Notes under the pieces: generated by a model
What the model saw: the letters and a program-made list of their open reading frames with translations, nothing else
Database searches by the model: none
What the model was told of the DNA's origin: nothing
In this document: positions 59,982-64,000 of the stretch, piece by piece
How the letters are laid out: every line of letters begins with the position of its first letter
Position numbering within the stretch: the first letter of the stretch is position 1
DNA from: Hemiscyllium ocellatum
Lineage: Eukaryota
Direction: 5' to 3'
Length of the DNA stretch: 64,000 nucleotides
Assembly: GCF_020745735.1 (NCBI RefSeq)
Contig: NC_083409.1
Location: 6,561,534 to 6,625,533 of the forward strand
Position numbers and translations under genes: made by a program

Positions 59982-60409
59982 CTGCAGTATTATGGCTGCC
60001 ATGTATTTATACTGTTTCTGATTTGTATCACTTCATTCTGTTGTGCTGTTGTTCAGGATCTGGGTTAAGCTCACTAATTTCTCAGTCGAGAGCTTCCTTT
60101 TTTCAGCCTGACAGAGACTTTACATGTGCAAACAGCAAATGGGACTTCAATGTTGGAATCTGTTTTCAGGATTGATGGGCTCGATGGTTTGATTCAATGA
60201 GATGAGGTATGAAGTACCTGTGACTCTTGTTGCAATCCAACCTTCTCTGTCTAATCTCTTCAGGGATCGACATTTCAGGTATAACCCTCCTTCAGGACTC
60301 AGGGTGGGTGTTGGAGGAGCTGTGTGGTGAGGTGGGGATAGGTTGAGAAAGGTAGAGAGTATGACCTGATTGGTTGATGGGAGAGGTAAATTTGGATGGC
60401 GTTATCGCG

Positions 60410-62620
60410 AATAGTATGAAATTGAGTAATTTTGGTGTGGGGAGAGGCAGCCGACAGGGATGCCCCCTCTTGCCCCTACTGTTTACCTTGGGACTTGAAC
60501 CACTGGCAGGGATTGTATGAAAAGACCCTGAAATAACGGCACTGAAGGTGGGAGTTGGGGAATACTAAATCACACTCTATCCGGCAATGTCCTACTGTTT
60601 TTGGTAACTCTGAAAAGTCCATAGTGCGGCTAATTAAAAAAAACATAAACTATGCGTCAACTTTTCAGGATACACAATAAATTTTCCAGAATCAGAAATC
60701 CTGCCTGTGGGGGGATTGGTGGAGGTTCTGAAACTGGAGGACGGAATGGAGTTTCCTTTTAGATGGTCACAGTAAGGTTTTCTCTATCTGGGAATTTTTA
60801 TTACCCCTCACTTCCCGCAACTGTATGGAGCTAACCTTGTGTCGCTGTTTGAGAGGGTAAAGCAGGACTTGCAGCGATGGCAGGGAATACCCAGATCATG
60901 GTTCGGCCGTATAGCCTTGATTAACGTGAATGCTGTTCCTTGGTTGTTCTATCCTGTGAGGATGCTCCCTTTGTTATTACCCAACCAGGTGCTGCGGAGG
61001 TTTGTGGGATGGCTTGGATCATATATTTGGCGCTGTCGGCGCAACTTAATTAAATTTACCAATTTACAACTTCTGCAGGATATGGAGGGTGGGTGGTCGG
61101 CTTCCCAGATCTGAAGAGATATCAAATCAGCGCCCTGTTGCTGTATGTAGGTGAATGGGTGCGTAATGACTCAAAGTCGATGTGGCTTGATATAGAGGCC
61201 TCGCAGGCGAGGTGCCCCTTCAGAAGCTTACTGTTCATGGATAAGATGAGATCGGTAGGTGTGCATTGTGATAGTCTGATTATCATAAATACGGTAAAGC
61301 ATGGAGGATAAAGCGGCAGGGTGGGGTCAATTTATCGTTCACCCCGTTAGTGGGAGCTCCAGGATTTAGACTGGGACCAAAGGACTCCAGCGTCAGTGCA
61401 TCGGGGCGTAATGTAATTCCCTGACTGGGAGATTTATCTGTGGGAGGGGTCTTGATGTCTTTTCGCCAATTAGGTCAGAAATATGGAATCCCTAATCGGG
61501 ATCTTTTCTGATATTTCCAGGTTAGGGATTACATACAGAAGAAGACTACATTCTTGACCCAGCCCAACAAGTCGGATATAGAATGAAGAGTGCTCCGATG
61601 TGGGGGCGCTCTTTCAGTTATTACCACATATCATCTGCAGAGAGGGAATGCCTTGGGCGATATGGAGAGAGTCAGGGAGATTTGGAATCAGGAGGTAAGG
61701 GGAGAAATCTCATCAGAAATGTGGGAGTATGTATGAGGGAATGTGAAGAAAATTTCAATCTGCAATAAGGCACACGCGATGCAATTGAAGATCCTCCCCA
61801 GGGCCCAAATGGAGCCAGAGAGGTTAGCAAAGTTTAAGAAAGGATCTTCCCCGAAATGTTCCAAATGTAAAAACAGTATTTACATCCTTACACATGGCTT
61901 TTGATCCCGTTACAAGATCCGTGGATCCTGGGGGGGCCATAGTGAATGAGCTGGAGACAATCCTGTGAATCGAAGTTTGGGAAGATCTGGTGTCCCTCAT
62001 TTTGGGATGACCGAAACTTCCCTCTTTGGGTGAGCACGGGAAGAGGTTATTCAACATTCTTACACATTGTGTGAGGAAGGACATGCTAATGAATTGAATA
62101 TCAGCAAAGCCTCCAGGTCTTTCAAGGTCGCACAGACTTGTGATGGAGCGCATCGCTCAAAATTACTTGACAGCATGGGGCACCACGGAATGGAGCAATT
62201 TTATAAGACATGGTGGCCCTTTCGAATTTACATCAACATGGATCTGTCGGCAGAACTGATTAGGGTCTTTATAGCGGCACGAGGGCTGTATGTGGTGGTC
62301 CAGGGATCCCAGGGATTTGGTGGGTGGGAGGGTGTGGGGTGGTCTCATAAATACGGGTCCAATCACTTTTCCTCCTCTGGACGGGAGCCTTGATGGAGGG
62401 TGCGGCGAGTGGAGTCATGTCATATAGTACAATGTTGTGCAATTTAATTTCAGTGGATTGTAATTAAATTTAGTGTTATTTTATTTAAGTTGAGTTTGTG
62501 ATGATTTGGTTTAAGTTACGCAAATATGAGACAACTGTATCTTGAACAATAGCCGGCAGTTTATTCACATTACTGTATTATAATGTAATATTTTTTTCAA
62601 TAAATATTTACTAAAAAAGG
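60410..62620 (+). mobile_element. L1-clade LINE, 5'-truncated and decayed
   Basis: GCPLLPLLFTLGLEPLA near 60458-60510; WFGRIALINVNAVPWLFYPVRMLP; AATAAA at 62599 and an A tail. Confidence 0.88.
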
Positions 62621-62714
62621 AGGAACATTAGAGAAAATTAACAGACAGAAGCACCATGAATTAGAAATGATCAGGAGTGGTGAAAAGGAGGGAGTAAAGG
62701 AAATTCCTGTAGTA

Positions 62715-62780
62715 TGGAGAGAGAGAGGGAGAGAGCAAGAGAGAATGGGTTCAGAGAGGGAGAGGGAGAGTGAGAATGGG

Positions 62781-62820
<40 letters not shown>

Positions 62821-62880
62821 TGAAGGAGAGAGAGAGAGAGTTCTGAAGGAGAGAGAGAGAGAGTTCTGAAGAAGTTCTGA
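62715..62880. repeat. (GA)n tract with embedded GAATGGGTTCAGA and GTTCTGAAG repeats
   Basis: Direct reading. Confidence 0.9.
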
Positions 62881-63551
62881 ATCAGTGCACGTGATCTCAA
62901 AAGCTGTTCAAAGTTTGCAACGTTTTCCTGAAAATGAACGTCACAAATAAATTCCATTTACATGAATAAAAATCAATTGTCCTTTCTGAAATAATTTAAA
63001 TCCAAAAAATAAAATCAAGACTTATCGTAATGAAGTAAGTGCAAGTATTTAAAATCCTCAATACTTCTGCCTTCCACTTCAGTCATGCAGATATAGTCCT
63101 CCTCACTCAAAGGGAGTATTCAGTGTCTGATATCAGTCATTGTTCAGAGTCTCAGAGCTAACATACACCAAACGCATATCATCGCACCACTAGATATACA
63201 TTTTAAAAAGGTAAATGTAGGTGTAAATACAAAAACAAAATTGAATGCGCAAACTTCTTTGAATTCAAGTCTATGCTACAGTTTGGATAAATAAATGGGA
63301 TCGGGTTGTATATAAATAGGTCGGGAAAAATGTTGGCGCTTCTGGTATCCACATCCTGCCAGTCGGCTGACTCCAGTAAGGATTGATATCCTAAACCACC
63401 TACTTTTTGAGGAAATTCTATGCCAGATGTCAAAACTCAATCAGAGAGAGGGGTTGAGAGGTGGATTCTCTTCCGCTCGGACCATGAGGTTTGGTTTTTT
63501 TCTGGAGTCCACACGTTGGCCGATGGCATGGCCCCTGTTAGGATAACTGTT

Positions 63552-63698
63552 TTAACTGTTGCCCCGAATCTGCTTCGGTACATTTATTGTGTCTTTTACC
63601 AGAGCTTCAAAAGTATCATCTGTCAACTGCATCTTCACACAAAACTCATCCTCATCATAATTCACCCATTGGGCTACCTCCTCATAAAGCTCTTGAAC
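63552..63698 (-). CDS. CEP350: CEP350 terminal coding exon (possibly a decaying paralog)
   Basis: TTTTTTCTGGCAG| then VQELYEEVAQWVNYDEDEFCVKMQLTDDTFEALVKDTINVPKQIRGNS*, versus human CEP350 C-terminus VQELHEEEAQWVNYDEDELCVKMQLADGIFETLIKDTIDVLNQI (from memory). Confidence 0.85.
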   Translation of the reverse strand, partial: VQELYEEVAQWVNYDEDEFCVKMQLTDDTFEALVKDTINVPKQIRGNS

Positions 63699-64000
63699 CT
63701 GCCAGAAAAAAACAGAGAGTGTGTTAACTGTTTTTATATCAAGATTTATTTGTTACAGATCTTTCCTCTCGTATTGAGCAGCGTTTGCCCTGAAATCACT
63801 CAAGCTTCAGGCCTCCCACTTTCCTTCTGTCCAGTATCACACAAGTGGCCATTCCCAAACAGCAGTGTAGCTTGGACAGAAATTCTGGAGGGCTCGCTGT
63901 GAGATCAATGGAGAGTCACTAGTTATTCTTGGACAAAACAATACCAAGGCTGCGCAGGTTAAGGGCTGGCTACATAACTTAGGTCTGACCTGAATATTTC

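Larger units (their letters stand above)
53150..60270 (-). repeat. Segmental duplication block B'', inverted
   Basis: Reverse-complement match to about 16540-25400. Lacks the PLE at 19533-21027 and has its own CR1 at 56580-57196. Confidence 0.9.

Noticed and set aside
60270-63550. Expected minus-strand C-kappa, J or V beyond block B''
   Set aside because: None found; the interval is L1, microsatellite and putative CEP350 3' sequence.
1-64000. CRISPR arrays, rRNA, bona fide tRNA genes, prokaryotic operons
   Set aside because: The sequence is vertebrate; the tRNA-like stretches are SINE heads, and no spacer-repeat arrays were seen.

Overview
Eukaryotic, repeat-dense genomic DNA from a cartilaginous fish. 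The Ig sequences resemble nurse-shark kappa, so a carpet shark is likely (inference). Most ORF-track entries are transposon debris or chance ORFs. The window holds (1) a complete but dead Ig kappa light-chain cluster: leader 4379-4427, V 4614-4910, J 5385-5419, C 14024-14353. The V has two stops, both RSS heptamers are mutated, and the C has a frameshift plus a stop. (2) A second, orphan C-kappa pseudo-exon (36274-36601) with no V or J that I could find. (3) Spliced gene remnants missed by the ORF track: two consecutive minus-strand exons of an RNase L/IRE1-type KEN ribonuclease domain (52756-52880, 45015-45120), each with a stop; a phase 1-1 death-domain-like exon in two copies (16917-17272 +, 59628-59981 -); and the terminal exon of CEP350 (63552-63698 -). 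(4) A three-copy, partly inverted segmental duplication (about 15.0-25.4, 28.1-32.7 and 53.2-60.3 kb). (5) Many CR1 LINE fragments, HE1-type SINEs, Penelope-like elements with minimal hammerhead ribozyme motifs (two as hairpins), and Tx1 and L1 fragments. All calls are by eye and from remembered family motifs. No searches were run, identities are rough, and repeat boundaries are approximate.
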